Positions 1 through 11,191 of a DNA stretch of 60,626 nt are shown piece after piece. The notes beneath the pieces were generated by a model. The model saw only the letters and a program-made list of their open reading frames with translations, did no database searches and had not been told where the DNA came from. Origin of the DNA: Acidobacteriota bacterium (GTDB lineage Bacteria > Acidobacteriota > Thermoanaerobaculia > Multivoradales > J023); contig JBCDKB010000002.1 in the NCBI GenBank assembly GCA_038747035.1, positions 1 to 60,626 of the forward strand, read 5' to 3'. Positions within the stretch are counted from its first letter, which is position 1. Each line of letters begins with the position of its first letter. Made by a program: the position numbers and the translations under genes.

Positions 1-174
1 GAGCTCGGTTCCGTCCAGACCCCTACACCCGTAGCTCCCGCCCCTAACCACCTCCACGCGCAGACGACGAGTCTCGAGTCCGCCGAGTCATCGGCCGGCC
101 TCACCCTCCTCGAGCGCCTTGAAGATATTTGTATAGACCAGGGCCTCTCGGGCCTCGCCGGTCGCCTCGATGAC

Positions 175-1137
175 ATGGTCGGCTTCGTAGCCATGGACCT
201 CGCCGCCTTTGAAGCCGAGTTTGCCCAGCTGCCGCGTCGCCCGCAGCGGGTCGGCCGGGCCGCGACGCACCTGCTCGACGTCGGTGGTAAACGGCTGAGG
301 CCCCTTTGCCTCGCGCTCGCATCCCGTGTCGGATCCGGCTTCGACCAGCACGTCCTCGACCTCGCGGTCGCGGTGGAGCTCGTTCACTCCGCCACCCTGC
401 TCCACGACGACGTCGTGGACTACGCCGACCACCGCCGCGGCAAGCCCACCGCCCGCTCGGTCTACGGCAATGCCGCGTCGATCTTCGCCGGAGACTGGCT
501 GCTGATCGAAGCGCTGCGCCGCGTGCGCCGCGCCGGCCATCCGCAGCTCCTCGGCGGCCTGCTCGACATCATCGAAGAAATGATCTTCGCCGAGTCGCTC
601 CAGCTCGAGAACCGCGGACGCCTGTCGATGAATCGCGAGACCTACTTCAAGGTCGCCGAAGGAAAGACGGCCTCGGTCTTCCGCTGGGCCCTCGAAGCCG
701 GCGGCGTCGCGGGCGGCTTGGCCACGGCCGAAACCAAGGCCTTGGCCGAATTCGGCCAGCAGCTCGGCATCACCTTCCAGGCCGTCGATGACCTCCTCGA
801 CCTCACCGGCGACCCGGACACGACCGGCAAGGACCTCTTCACCGACCTGCGGGAAGGCAAAATGACCTTGCCGCTGATCTTCGCCCTCGAGCGTGAAACC
901 GAAGCTCGGGCCATTGTGAGCGCGGTGCTCGACATTCCGGAACACGAACCGGTACCCAAAGATCTAGCCCGCCAGGTGATCGACCTCCTGCGTCGGACCG
1001 ACGCCGTCGCCGACACCCTCAAGCTGGCGCGCCGCCACAGCCAGCGGGCCATCGAAGCGCTCAACTCCGTGCCCGACGGCGCCGCCCGCCGGGCCCTGGC
1101 CACGGTCGCGGAAGCGATCGTCGACCGCGATCTTTGA
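175..1137 (+). CDS. Long-chain trans-polyprenyl diphosphate synthase (IspB/HepT-like, menaquinone side chain)
   Basis: 320-aa ORF. Both Asp-rich prenyltransferase motifs are visible (LLHDDVVDYADHRRGKPT and FQAVDDLLDLTGD). It heads the men operon. Chain length cannot be inferred. Confidence 0.85.
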   Translation: MVGFVAMDLAAFEAEFAQLPRRPQRVGRAATHLLDVGGKRLRPLCLALASRVGSGFDQHVLDLAVAVELVHSATLLHDDVVDYADHRRGKPTARSVYGNAASIFAGDWLLIEALRRVRRAGHPQLLGGLLDIIEEMIFAESLQLENRGRLSMNRETYFKVAEGKTASVFRWALEAGGVAGGLATAETKALAEFGQQLGITFQAVDDLLDLTGDPDTTGKDLFTDLREGKMTLPLIFALERETEARAIVSAVLDIPEHEPVPKDLARQVIDLLRRTDAVADTLKLARRHSQRAIEALNSVPDGAARRALATVAEAIVDRDL

Positions 1138-1149
1138 GGCGGTGGATCG

Positions 1150-1884
1150 ATGAAAAGCACGACACCCACCTTGCCGTCATCGATGGCCAAGCCCGGCTCC
1201 GGCGCCATGTTCGATCGAATCGCCGGCCGCTATGACCTGCTCAACAGGCTCATGTCCTTCGGCCTCGACTTCCAGTGGCGCCGCAGCCTCGTGAAGAGCC
1301 TGGAGCTCAAGCCCGGCAGCCGCATCCTCGACCTCGCCACCGGCACCGCCGACGTCGCCCTCGAAATCCTCCGGCAGCAGCCAGAGGCCGCGGTCATTGG
1401 ACTCGATCCATCGCCGAATATGCTCGACCTCGGCCGCGACAAGATCAGCGCCAAAGACCTCGACGATCGCATTGAGCTGCGCGGCGGCATCGCCGAAGAG
1501 CTGCCCTTTGAAGACAATAGCTTTGACGGCGTGACGATTTCCTACGGCATCCGCAACGTGCCGGATCGGCCCAAAGCTCTCCAGGAAATGAACCGCGTCG
1601 TGCGGCCCGGCGGTCGCATCTCGATCCTCGAAGCCACCGAAGCGCAGGGCAATCCCCTCGCCTTCGGCGCCCGCTTCTATGTGCACCAGGTCATTCCGCG
1701 CATCGGCGCCTGGCTCTCGGGCGCCAAGGAGTACCGCTATCTCCAGTCATCGATCGCGGCCTTCCCGGCGCCCAAAGACTTCGAGACCATGATGCGGGAC
1801 GCCGGCCTGCGCCCGATGCGGAGGCGCGGCATGACCTTCGGCGCCAACACCCTCTTCGTGGCGGAGCCGGGGGTGTCGTCATGA
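1150..1884 (+). CDS. menG: Demethylmenaquinone methyltransferase (UbiE/MenG family)
   Basis: 244-aa ORF. It has the family-typical N-terminus MFDRIAGRYDLLNRLMSFGLDFQWRR, the SAM motif ILDLATGTAD, and YGIRNVPD. Confidence 0.85.
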   Translation: MKSTTPTLPSSMAKPGSGAMFDRIAGRYDLLNRLMSFGLDFQWRRSLVKSLELKPGSRILDLATGTADVALEILRQQPEAAVIGLDPSPNMLDLGRDKISAKDLDDRIELRGGIAEELPFEDNSFDGVTISYGIRNVPDRPKALQEMNRVVRPGGRISILEATEAQGNPLAFGARFYVHQVIPRIGAWLSGAKEYRYLQSSIAAFPAPKDFETMMRDAGLRPMRRRGMTFGANTLFVAEPGVSS

Positions 1885-3320
1885 CCACCGCCGCCCTCAG
1901 CCGCACGACGGAGTCGGCCGCCCTCAAACCGACCCTCGACTCCGCCATCGCCCGTCGCCTCGACGCCGTGTCGAGCGGACGCTGGCTCGCGCTGACGGTC
2001 CCGGCGCCGCCCGTCGAGCCCCACGCCATGCTCGACGCCGCCGAAGCGATCGGCCTCAACGTCCAGGACCACGGCGTCCTGTGGCGTCCCCCGGAAGGCG
2101 CCAGTTTCGCCGCCGTCGGCGCGGCGGTGAGCCTCGACCTGCGGGGTGACGATCGATTCGGCGAGCTTCGCCTCCGGGCCGCGGAAGCCTTCAGCCGCCT
2201 CGACACCGACGCCCTCGACGGCGCCGAGGCCACCGCGCCGCGGGCCTTCGGCGGCTTCGCCTTCGACGTCGGCGCCGCCGACGCCGCGCCGTGGCACGAC
2301 TTCGGGGACGGTTGCTTCACCCTACCGAGGTGGCTCTACCGGCGCCGCGACCAGGGCGCCGACCTGACCCTCACGGTCGGCGCCGACGAGCTGGCCGCCA
2401 CGCCGTCAAGCCAGTGGGCGGAGCGGATGACCCTGCTGCTACGCCAGCTGGCGGCCACCGCCGAGCGCGACCCGGGGTTCTTCGGGGCACGCCCGATGGA
2501 GCTCTCGAGGCTCGAGGTCCCCAGGCTGCTCGAGGATTCAGAAGCCGACGCCGCCTGGGTCCGGCTGGTGGAAGACATCCGAGGAGCCATCCACAGCGGC
2601 GACGTCGAAAAAATCGTCGCCGCCCGCCGTTTCACCGTCGAGCTCGGCGCTTCGCGACCCGTCGCCCGCGTCCTTGAGCGGCTCGAGCAGCGTCGCCGCG
2701 CCACCGCCTTCGCCTTCTCGAGACCCGGCGCGACCTTCCTCGGCCTCACGCCCGAGCGGCTGATCACCAAGAAAGGCATGCGTTTCGTGACAGAAGCGCT
2801 CGCCGGCTCGATCGAAAGCGGCGCCGAACACGCCGCCGAGCTGCTCGACAGCGGCAAGGATCGCCTCGAGCAGCAGCTCGTCGTCGACGCCATCCTGCGT
2901 CGCCTCGAGCCGCTGGCGGAGCGCCTCGAGGCCGCCGACCGGCCGAGCGTGCGCGAGTTGCCGGAGGTGCTTCACCTGCAGACGCCGATTCGCGGCGACC
3001 TGAATGCCCCCCGCCACGTGCTCGAGCTCGCGGAGCTCCTGCATCCGACCCCGGCGGTGGGCGGCGTGCCCACCCCCAGCGCCCTGCGCTGGATCCGCGA
3101 GCGGGAAAATGACGCCCGCGGCTGGTACGCCTCGCCGGTGGGCTGGTTCGACGCCGCGGGCGACGGCGAATTCTTCGTCGCCCTGCGCTCCTGCCTGCTG
3201 CTGCCGGGTCGCGCCGAGCTCTACGCCGGCGCCGGTATCGTCGCCGACTCGGATCCGGGCCTCGAGCTCGACGAAGTCCGACTGAAGCTGCGCACCCTGC
3301 TGCACGCCCTGGCGGCGTAG
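1881..3320 (+). CDS. menF: Isochorismate synthase
   Basis: 479-aa ORF with chorismate-binding signatures LHPTPAVGGVP, GWYASPVGWFD and YAGAGIVADSDP. Its start overlaps the menG stop (ATGA). Confidence 0.8.
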   Translation: MTTAALSRTTESAALKPTLDSAIARRLDAVSSGRWLALTVPAPPVEPHAMLDAAEAIGLNVQDHGVLWRPPEGASFAAVGAAVSLDLRGDDRFGELRLRAAEAFSRLDTDALDGAEATAPRAFGGFAFDVGAADAAPWHDFGDGCFTLPRWLYRRRDQGADLTLTVGADELAATPSSQWAERMTLLLRQLAATAERDPGFFGARPMELSRLEVPRLLEDSEADAAWVRLVEDIRGAIHSGDVEKIVAARRFTVELGASRPVARVLERLEQRRRATAFAFSRPGATFLGLTPERLITKKGMRFVTEALAGSIESGAEHAAELLDSGKDRLEQQLVVDAILRRLEPLAERLEAADRPSVRELPEVLHLQTPIRGDLNAPRHVLELAELLHPTPAVGGVPTPSALRWIRERENDARGWYASPVGWFDAAGDGEFFVALRSCLLLPGRAELYAGAGIVADSDPGLELDEVRLKLRTLLHALAA

Positions 3321-3337
3321 CGCCCGCGTCCGAGAGA

Positions 3338-5152
3338 GTGCCTTTGCCGCACCAGCCCCTTGACCTCCAGGCGCAGTGGGCCCGCCTGATCCTCACCACC
3401 TTCGCGGACGCCGGCGTCCGCGAAGTGGTCGTCAGTCCGGGCTCGCGCTCGACCCCCTTCGTGGTCGCCGCCGTCGCCGAAAAGCGGCTCACCCTCCATG
3501 ACGTGGTCGACGAGCGCGCCGCCGGCTTCTTCGCCCTCGGCCAGGCCCGGCGAAGCGGCCTGCCGAGTCTCCTGCTCTGCACCTCCGGGACCGCCGCCGC
3601 CCACTACCTGCCGGCGGTCATCGAAGCCGGCATGACCGGCGTGCCGATGCTCATCTTGAGCGCCGACCGCCCGCTCGAGCTGCTCGACTGCGGCGCCAAT
3701 CAAACCATCGACCAGAGCCACCTCTTCGGCGGTCAGGCGCGTGCGTTCGTCGACCTCGGGACCGCTGAGCCGGCGCCCGCCGCGCTCCGCGGCGTCCGGC
3801 GGCGGATCGCGCAGGCCGTCTTCACCGCCCACGGCCCCACGCCGGGCGCCGTGCATTTGAACGCCCGGGCGCGAAAGCCGCTCGAGCCGCCGCCGGACGA
3901 CGGGCCCCGGGCCGGCGCCGTCGTCCACGTCGACCGGCTGTTGGCGCGGCCCCTGGTGCGCGCCAGTCACCCGGTATCGGCGCCCCCCGGCACGGCCCTC
4001 GGCGAGCTCGTGGTGGCGTGTCGCACCGTCGAACGTGGCCTCATCGTCGCGGGCCCCGGCTCCGTCGGCCAGGGCGCCGTGCGCCGTACCGTCGCCGAGC
4101 TCTGCCACTTCACCGGCTATCCGCTCCTCGCGGACCTCGCCAGCCAGTTGCGGGGCACCGGCGCCCCGGCGGTCGACAGCCTGGAAGCCTTGCTGCGCAG
4201 TGACCTTTGGGACGACCTCCGACCGGATTTGATTCTCCAGATCGGACGGGCGCCCACCACCACGGCGTGGGTGCGGCGGATCGCCGAACGTTTCGAGTCC
4301 GACGACCCGATCGGCGCCCATTGGGTGCTCGGCCCCCACGACTGGCACGACCCCGAATCGACGGCGACCCACCTGCTCCGCGCCGACCTCGACGTCGCCC
4401 TCGGCACCGTGGCGATGGCCATGGCGACGGCGCCGCCGGCCCAGGAGCGAAGCGAGTGGACCGCCCGCTGGCGGCAGGTCGCGGACCGGGTCCGCGGCGC
4501 CGTCGAGTCGACCCTCGACGGCCCCGAATTCACCGAAGGCCAGGTCGCCCGGGAGGCCGTCGGCGCCGTCCCGGCGACCGGCAACCTCGTCCTCGGCAAT
4601 AGCCTCGCCATCCGCCACGCCGACCTCTTCGGAGGCCAGACCCGGACCGGCGTCCGGGTGCTCAGCCAGCGGGGCGCGAGCGGTATCGACGGGCTCGTGG
4701 CGGGCGCCGCCGGCGCGGCGTCGGCGGGCCACCCGACGCTGCTGCTGCTCGGCGACGTCAGCCTGCGCCACGATCTGGGCGGCCTGCTCACCGCGGGGCG
4801 CGGCGGCTCGCCGTTCGTCGTGGTGATGATCAACAACGGCGGCGGCCGCATTTTCGAGCTGCTGCCGATCGCGAATACGGTCGACGACGGCACATTCCGG
4901 CATTGGTTGACGCCGCCGGATGACGGCGTCGGCGACGCGGCGGATATCGCCAGAGTCGGCGGCTTTTCTTTCCGCCGGGTCGACCGCCGGAGCCACCTGC
5001 GCGAAGCCCTCGTCCACGCCTTAACCGCGGGCGGACCGTGGCTCATCGAAGCCGCCGTGCCTCCGTCCGGCGCCATCGACGAGCGGCGTCGACTCGACGA
5101 CGCCCTCGCGGCGCACCCTGAGAATCCTTCCCCGGAGACCACCCCGCCATGA
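3338..5152 (+). CDS. menD: SEPHCHC synthase (2-succinyl-5-enolpyruvyl-6-hydroxy-3-cyclohexene-1-carboxylate synthase)
   Basis: 604-aa ORF with a GTG start. It has the N-terminal VVSPGSRSTPF signature and a ThDP-binding region (LLLLGDVSLRHD...MINNGGGRIF). Confidence 0.85.
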   Translation: MPLPHQPLDLQAQWARLILTTFADAGVREVVVSPGSRSTPFVVAAVAEKRLTLHDVVDERAAGFFALGQARRSGLPSLLLCTSGTAAAHYLPAVIEAGMTGVPMLILSADRPLELLDCGANQTIDQSHLFGGQARAFVDLGTAEPAPAALRGVRRRIAQAVFTAHGPTPGAVHLNARARKPLEPPPDDGPRAGAVVHVDRLLARPLVRASHPVSAPPGTALGELVVACRTVERGLIVAGPGSVGQGAVRRTVAELCHFTGYPLLADLASQLRGTGAPAVDSLEALLRSDLWDDLRPDLILQIGRAPTTTAWVRRIAERFESDDPIGAHWVLGPHDWHDPESTATHLLRADLDVALGTVAMAMATAPPAQERSEWTARWRQVADRVRGAVESTLDGPEFTEGQVAREAVGAVPATGNLVLGNSLAIRHADLFGGQTRTGVRVLSQRGASGIDGLVAGAAGAASAGHPTLLLLGDVSLRHDLGGLLTAGRGGSPFVVVMINNGGGRIFELLPIANTVDDGTFRHWLTPPDDGVGDAADIARVGGFSFRRVDRRSHLREALVHALTAGGPWLIEAAVPPSGAIDERRRLDDALAAHPENPSPETTPP

Positions 5153-5912
5153 GAATGCTGCTACTCCATGGATTCGGCGGCCGCGGCGCCTCGTGGCGGC
5201 CGGTGATCCAGGCCTTGCCCGACGGGCTCGACGTTATGGCCCCCGACCTTCCGGGACACGGCGGCCAATTCGCTGGGCCGCTGCCGGCTGACTTTGAAGC
5301 GACCGTCGACGCGCTGGCGGCGGCCCACCTCGCGGCCGCCGACCCGACCCACGTCGTCGGCTACTCCCTCGGCGGTCGCCTCGCCCTCGGGCTCGCCTTC
5401 CGGCGACCGGAGAAGATCTCGAGCCTCACGCTGATCGGCGTTCGACCCGGCCTCGACGCCGCTGATCGCTGCCCCAGGAGCGAGCTCGATCGACGTCGGG
5501 CGCAAACGCTGCGGGAAGACCTCCCTGAATTCTTCAAGAGCTGGTCCCGTCTACCGCTCTTTGAGAGTCAGAGGTCACTCGACCCGAGCATCCTGGAGAA
5601 CCAGCGCCAAGTGCGCCTCGGCCACAGCCCCGAGGGTCTGGCGTGGGCCATGGAAACGCTCTCCCCGGGACGCATGCCCGACTACCTACCCCGCCTCGGC
5701 GAGCTCACGATGCCGGTGCACTGGATCACCGGCGCCTTCGACGCCCCCTACCTGGCCCTCGCCGACTCGATCCGGCGACGCGGACACGCCTTCCGCTTCA
5801 GCACCGTGCCCGAATGCGGCCACAATGGACCGCTCGAAGCCCCGGCGGCCGTGGCCGGACTGCTCGAGGAGTCTGTCTTCAGCCCGGCGCCGGTGCCCGC
5901 GGAGATCTCCGC

Positions 5913-5916
<4 letters not shown>
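5149..5916 (+). CDS. menH: SHCHC synthase-like alpha/beta hydrolase
   Basis: 255-aa ORF with LLHGFGG, the GYSLGGR nucleophile elbow, and His in PECGHNG. It sits between menD and menA and overlaps the menD stop (ATGA). Function is assigned mainly from context. Confidence 0.65.
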
Positions 5917-6824
<908 letters not shown>

Positions 6825-6829
6825 GGACC

Positions 6830-7981
6830 GTGCCAGCGCTGTCCGATTCGGCACGACCCTCCGGCGCGCCCGTCACTATCCGGGAGATCTCCCTGGAAGT
6901 TCGCTCAGGGGCCAGCGACGGCGCCGGCAACGCCGTGCGCCGGTGGTCGCGCCGCCGCGGGTGCCTGCTGCGGGTGCGGGACGCGGACGGCCACGTCGGC
7001 CTCGGCGAGGCGTCTCCGCTCCCGGACTACTCCCCCGACGCCTTCGACGACGTCCACGCCGCGCTCACCGACTGGCGTCCGCACGCCATCGAGGCCTCCG
7101 CGGCGGGCCTCGACGCGGCGCTCACGTCGCTGCCCCAGACGCTTCCGGCGGCGCGTTTCGCCGCCGAAACCGCCGTGCTTGACCTGCTCGCCCGCCGCGC
7201 CGGCCGGTCCTACGCGGACGAGCTGGCGGCCCTCACAGGCCGACGGCGGCCCGCGACGTCGCTGCGGACGGCGGCGCTGCTGACCCTGGATCTCGACGCC
7301 GACGACGGCTGGGGCTCCACCGGCGAGCGGGCCGCTCGGCTGCTGGACCTCGGCTTCTCGACCCTCAAGATCAAGGTCGGCCGACCCGGTCTTTTCGATG
7401 CTGAAGTCTCGGCGCTCCGCAGGCTGCGGCGCCACCTCGGCGACGACGTCGCCCTCCGCCTCGACGCCAACCGGGCGTGGGCGCATGGGGGCATCGAAAC
7501 CAAACTCGGGGCCCTGGCCGAGCTCGATGTGGAATTTCTCGAGGAGCCTACGGAGGCGCCGTACCTGCCCGACGGCGAAACAGCCGTGCCCTTGGCCCTC
7601 GACGAAAGTCTGCGCTTGGACCCCGAGTCTGTTCGACGACTCGTCGAGTCCGGCGCCTATCGAGTCGCGGTGCTGAAGCCGCTGGTGCTCGGCGGCGCCG
7701 TCGCCTGCCTCCGACTGGCGACACGCCTGCGCGACGCGGGCCTTGGCGCCGTCGCCTCCCACGGATTCGACGGCCCCGTGGCCCTCCAGGCGACGGCCGC
7801 CCTCGCCGCGGTCCTCGACGGCCCCTCGGGTCGGAGGTGCGCCCACGGCGTCGCGCCCCACGCCGGCCTCGATGCGTGGCCCGCCGCAGGGGGGCCCTGG
7901 GTCCACGGAGCGAACCTTGAAATCCCAAGCGACGCCGTCGGGCTCGGGCTAGGGGTCTCGTCGTCGGGCCTATCCCCATGA
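6830..7981 (+). CDS. menC: o-succinylbenzoate synthase (enolase superfamily)
   Basis: The first 69 codons of track ORF 6623..7981 overlap menA in another frame. The in-frame GTG at 6830 lies 5 nt after the menA stop. Motifs are LKIKVG, ALRLDANRAW, FLEEP and ALDESL. The operon position also supports the call. Confidence 0.7.
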   Translation: MPALSDSARPSGAPVTIREISLEVRSGASDGAGNAVRRWSRRRGCLLRVRDADGHVGLGEASPLPDYSPDAFDDVHAALTDWRPHAIEASAAGLDAALTSLPQTLPAARFAAETAVLDLLARRAGRSYADELAALTGRRRPATSLRTAALLTLDLDADDGWGSTGERAARLLDLGFSTLKIKVGRPGLFDAEVSALRRLRRHLGDDVALRLDANRAWAHGGIETKLGALAELDVEFLEEPTEAPYLPDGETAVPLALDESLRLDPESVRRLVESGAYRVAVLKPLVLGGAVACLRLATRLRDAGLGAVASHGFDGPVALQATAALAAVLDGPSGRRCAHGVAPHAGLDAWPAAGGPWVHGANLEIPSDAVGLGLGVSSSGLSP

Positions 7982-9411
7982 CGTCCAGCCCCGAGGGACT
8001 CTCGATCTTCTCGGCCGCCCTTGAGGCGCCCCGCGCGACGGCGCTCGTGCTCGACGGACGCGAGCTCACCTTCGACGAACTCGCCGCGCAGACGGCCCCG
8101 GTGACCGACGGACTCCGCCATCGATTCGGCGACGGGGTCCACGCCGTGGCGGCGGTCGCCGAACGTCGACTGGAGACCCTGCTGCTCGCTTACGCCGTCA
8201 TGGAGCTCGGCTGGACGCTCATCCCGCTCCACCCCCGGTCCCGTGACGGGGAACGACAGCGTTTCGTCGAGTCCCTCGGGCTTTCGAGCTGGATGCACCC
8301 CGGTGAGCTGCCTCGGGCCAGAGACGCCTGGGGCGGCGGCGCCAACGCGGCGAGCGACGTCGAAGCGACCCTGGCCGTCGTGCCGACCTCCGGCAGCACC
8401 GGAAGGCCCAAGGGCGTCGCGCTGTCGTACCGCGCTTTCCTCGCCGCCGCCGCGGCGAGCGCCGGGCGGCTCGGCTGGGGTCCAAACGCCCGCTGGCTGC
8501 TCAGCTTGCCGCTCGCCCACGTCGGCGGGCTGTCGATCTTGACCCGATGCTTGATCGACCGCCGGACCGCCGTCGTGCCCCCTGAGGGTGAGAGCTTCGA
8601 TCCCGAGACCGTGCTCAAGCGCATCCACGGCGACGCCGTGACCCACCTTTCCGTGGTGCCGTACATGCTGCGTCGGCTGCTCGACGTCGGCGGACCGCCG
8701 CCGCCGTCCCTACGCTGCGTGCTCGTCGGCGGCGCGGCCCTCCCCCCGGCCTGGCTCGAGGACGCCCGGCGGGCGGGCTGGCCGGCCCTCGCGACCTACG
8801 GGTTAACGGAAGCCTGTTCCCAGGTCGCGACGCAGCCCCCCGAGGACCTCGAGACCTTTCCGCCGACCGCCGGGGCACCGCTGCTCGACGGCGTGGAAGC
8901 CCGCCTCGACGGGGACGGTGTGCTGTCCCTGCGCGGCCCGTCCCTCTTCTCCGGCTACCGGCCGGACGCCGACGGTCCTCGACCGCCGGAGGCCTGGCTC
9001 CGCACCGGCGACGTCGCCCGGATCGAGGACGGGCGACTCCACATCCTCGGCCGCCATGACCACGTGATCGTCACCGGCGGTGAGAACGTGCACCCCGCAG
9101 AGGTCGAGCGCGCGCTGCTCCAGGTGGCGGGCGTCGGCGAAGCGTGCGTGGTCGGCGTTCCAGACGCGCGCTGGGGTCACACCGTGGCCGCCGCCGTAGC
9201 CCCCGGCGACGACCCCCACGGAGCCCCGGCGCTCGCTATCGACGCGATCGACGACGAGCTGCGCGAGCGCATCGCAGGTTTTAAACGTCCCCGGCGCTGG
9301 CGACTGCTCGATGCCCTACCGCGCACCCCGTCGGGCAAGGTCGACCGGCGGAAGGTGGCTCGACTCTTCGACGGGTCGACGCCGGCTCACTCGGCTCACC
9401 ACTCCCCCTGA
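7978..9411 (+). CDS. menE: o-succinylbenzoate-CoA ligase (AMP-binding enzyme)
   Basis: 477-aa ORF with PTSGSTGRPKGV, LRTGDVARI, and C-terminal FKRPRRW...PRTPSGKVDRRK. Its start overlaps the menC stop (ATGA). Confidence 0.8.
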   Translation: MTSSPEGLSIFSAALEAPRATALVLDGRELTFDELAAQTAPVTDGLRHRFGDGVHAVAAVAERRLETLLLAYAVMELGWTLIPLHPRSRDGERQRFVESLGLSSWMHPGELPRARDAWGGGANAASDVEATLAVVPTSGSTGRPKGVALSYRAFLAAAAASAGRLGWGPNARWLLSLPLAHVGGLSILTRCLIDRRTAVVPPEGESFDPETVLKRIHGDAVTHLSVVPYMLRRLLDVGGPPPPSLRCVLVGGAALPPAWLEDARRAGWPALATYGLTEACSQVATQPPEDLETFPPTAGAPLLDGVEARLDGDGVLSLRGPSLFSGYRPDADGPRPPEAWLRTGDVARIEDGRLHILGRHDHVIVTGGENVHPAEVERALLQVAGVGEACVVGVPDARWGHTVAAAVAPGDDPHGAPALAIDAIDDELRERIAGFKRPRRWRLLDALPRTPSGKVDRRKVARLFDGSTPAHSAHHSP

Positions 9412-11036
9412 TCCGGGTAGTAGTCCCACGTCTCAGAGTTCAGCAGCCGCCGGAAAGGCGGCAGACAGGTCGCAGGCAGGGCCGCTTCGAGGGCCCCGCG
9501 TTCCGCTTCGAGCGCGACCCGGGTGGCTTCGGTCAGCTTCCGATCGGCCACCGAGGCCTTGAAGTCATCGAGTTTTTTCTGCGCCGAGGCTCGCTGGCGC
9601 TTCTCCACCCGGACCACCTCCGGACCGACTTGGTCAATCGTCGGCATCTCGCGGTCGAGCAGCTCCCGGGCGCCGGCGTAGTCCGTGCGGAAGTGCTCCG
9701 GCAGGTCGAAGGGCATCGCCGCGGGCCGGCCGAGCAGTCGCCAGTCGATGAGCGCGATATGCCGCGCCCAATCCTCGACGACCAGCCCTCGGACCTCGAG
9801 TTCGCCGGCCACCAGGTGGCCGAGCTGGGCGTGACGCCGGAGCTCCCGTCGCCACATCGCTTCGGACAACGGCTCGCCCTCCCCGTCGGCCCGGCGCAGG
9901 GTGCCGCCGTCATCCGGCGGTGTCCCTCCGTCACCGGGGGCCGGCACCGAAGCCGACGCCGCAAGGCAAGCCTCGGACACCGCGCGACGAAAGTCCAGCA
10001 GCGCCGCCACGTCCGTAGGCGTCAGCTCGACGGCCCCGAGCTTGGTCTCGTCAGCCGGGTCGCGCCGAAGCGCGTCAAAACGCGTCGTGGACTCGGCCAA
10101 GCTTTCGTAGAGCTCCACGGTGTCCTGGGTGCTCTCGACAAAAGGCATCACGTTCACGAGACAGCCCCCCACCGCCACGACCGTAACGGTGAGCACCGCG
10201 GCCAAGGACCCCAGTGCCCACCGCGACCGGCCGGGGCCCAGGCCCGCGAGCCGCGGTCCCGGCAGCGCCGCCGTCGAGACCTTGAGCCGTTTCGCGGCTC
10301 GGATCCACGGACCGTGCTCGCGGCGCAGGTAGGGCGGCATGCCGGCGGCGTCGGCGCGGACTTCCGCAAGCAGCTCATTCGCCTCGGCCTCTTCCCCACG
10401 ACGCAGCAGCAGGCGCGCCAGCCGCACCTTGCCTTCGGGCGGGTTGCGCTTCGCAAGCACCTGACGCAGCTCGCGTTCGGCGGCTTGCGTCTCCCCGAGC
10501 TCATCGAGCGTGCGGGCATAGGCCAAGCGCGCGGCGCCGAATTTGTAGTCTGGGTCGAGCTCGACGAGTTCCTCGAGCAGCGGTTTGGCCTCTGCCCAGC
10601 GCCTACCCTGGACCTGGAGCACCGTGGCCAAGGGCAAGTGACTCTCCCGCGGCGAGGAACCGGCGGCACACGCTTCGCGCAGCAGAGTCTCCGCCTTTTT
10701 CTTCTTGCCGAGGCTCAGGAGGATGTCACCCGCCTCGGCGAGAATCGACGGCCCGCGCCAGTGCTGGAGCTGGACCTCGAGCTCTTTGAGGCGCCGCTTC
10801 GCTTCAGCTCGCCGGGCCGCCGCCGGAGAAATGCGCCCCAGCCGATTCGCCCACGGCCCATAGGATACGGCGAAATAAGCGAGCGGTCCCACCACCGGCA
10901 CGAAGAGCGCCACCAGGAACCAGTACCACTCCGCCCGGACCCGCAAGATGTCGACGATCGCGGCCGCCGCGAGCGCCGTCGGCACGAATCCGAAACATCC
11001 AAAGAAGAGGCTGTAGAAGGCGACGATGAAGTCCAT
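9396..11036 (-). CDS. Membrane protein: PLDc_N-like N-terminal module + TPR-like repeats + second TM + unassigned C-terminal domain
   Basis: 546-aa ORF. The N-terminus IVDILRVRAEWYWFLVALFVPVVGPLAYFAV resembles the PLD-nuclease N-terminal two-helix module. Helical TPR-like repeats follow, then a TM segment (ALGSLAAVLTVTVVAVGGCLVNVM). I recognise no motif in the C-terminal region of roughly 260 aa. Confidence 0.6.
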   Translation of the reverse strand: MDFIVAFYSLFFGCFGFVPTALAAAAIVDILRVRAEWYWFLVALFVPVVGPLAYFAVSYGPWANRLGRISPAAARRAEAKRRLKELEVQLQHWRGPSILAEAGDILLSLGKKKKAETLLREACAAGSSPRESHLPLATVLQVQGRRWAEAKPLLEELVELDPDYKFGAARLAYARTLDELGETQAAERELRQVLAKRNPPEGKVRLARLLLRRGEEAEANELLAEVRADAAGMPPYLRREHGPWIRAAKRLKVSTAALPGPRLAGLGPGRSRWALGSLAAVLTVTVVAVGGCLVNVMPFVESTQDTVELYESLAESTTRFDALRRDPADETKLGAVELTPTDVAALLDFRRAVSEACLAASASVPAPGDGGTPPDDGGTLRRADGEGEPLSEAMWRRELRRHAQLGHLVAGELEVRGLVVEDWARHIALIDWRLLGRPAAMPFDLPEHFRTDYAGARELLDREMPTIDQVGPEVVRVEKRQRASAQKKLDDFKASVADRKLTEATRVALEAERGALEAALPATCLPPFRRLLNSETWDYYPDQGEW

Positions 11037-11150
11037 AGGGCCGCTCCTCGAGGGGGGAACGGCAGAACTCTAGCGCATCCGTGTTGTCGACTTTAGACCC
11101 GTCGCCGGGCCGCCGGAATGAGCCCCTTCGACACCTAGATTTTTCCGGGC

Positions 11151-11191
11151 AAAAAAAAACGGCGCCGGTCTGCTCGCGTTCAGACCGGCGC
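11151..11191 (-). terminator. Rho-independent terminator (minus strand)
   Basis: An 11-bp perfect GC-rich stem (11162-11172 pairs with 11181-11191) with an 8-nt loop. On the minus strand it is followed by CG plus U9 (the A9 run at 11151-11159 on the plus strand). Confidence 0.75.
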
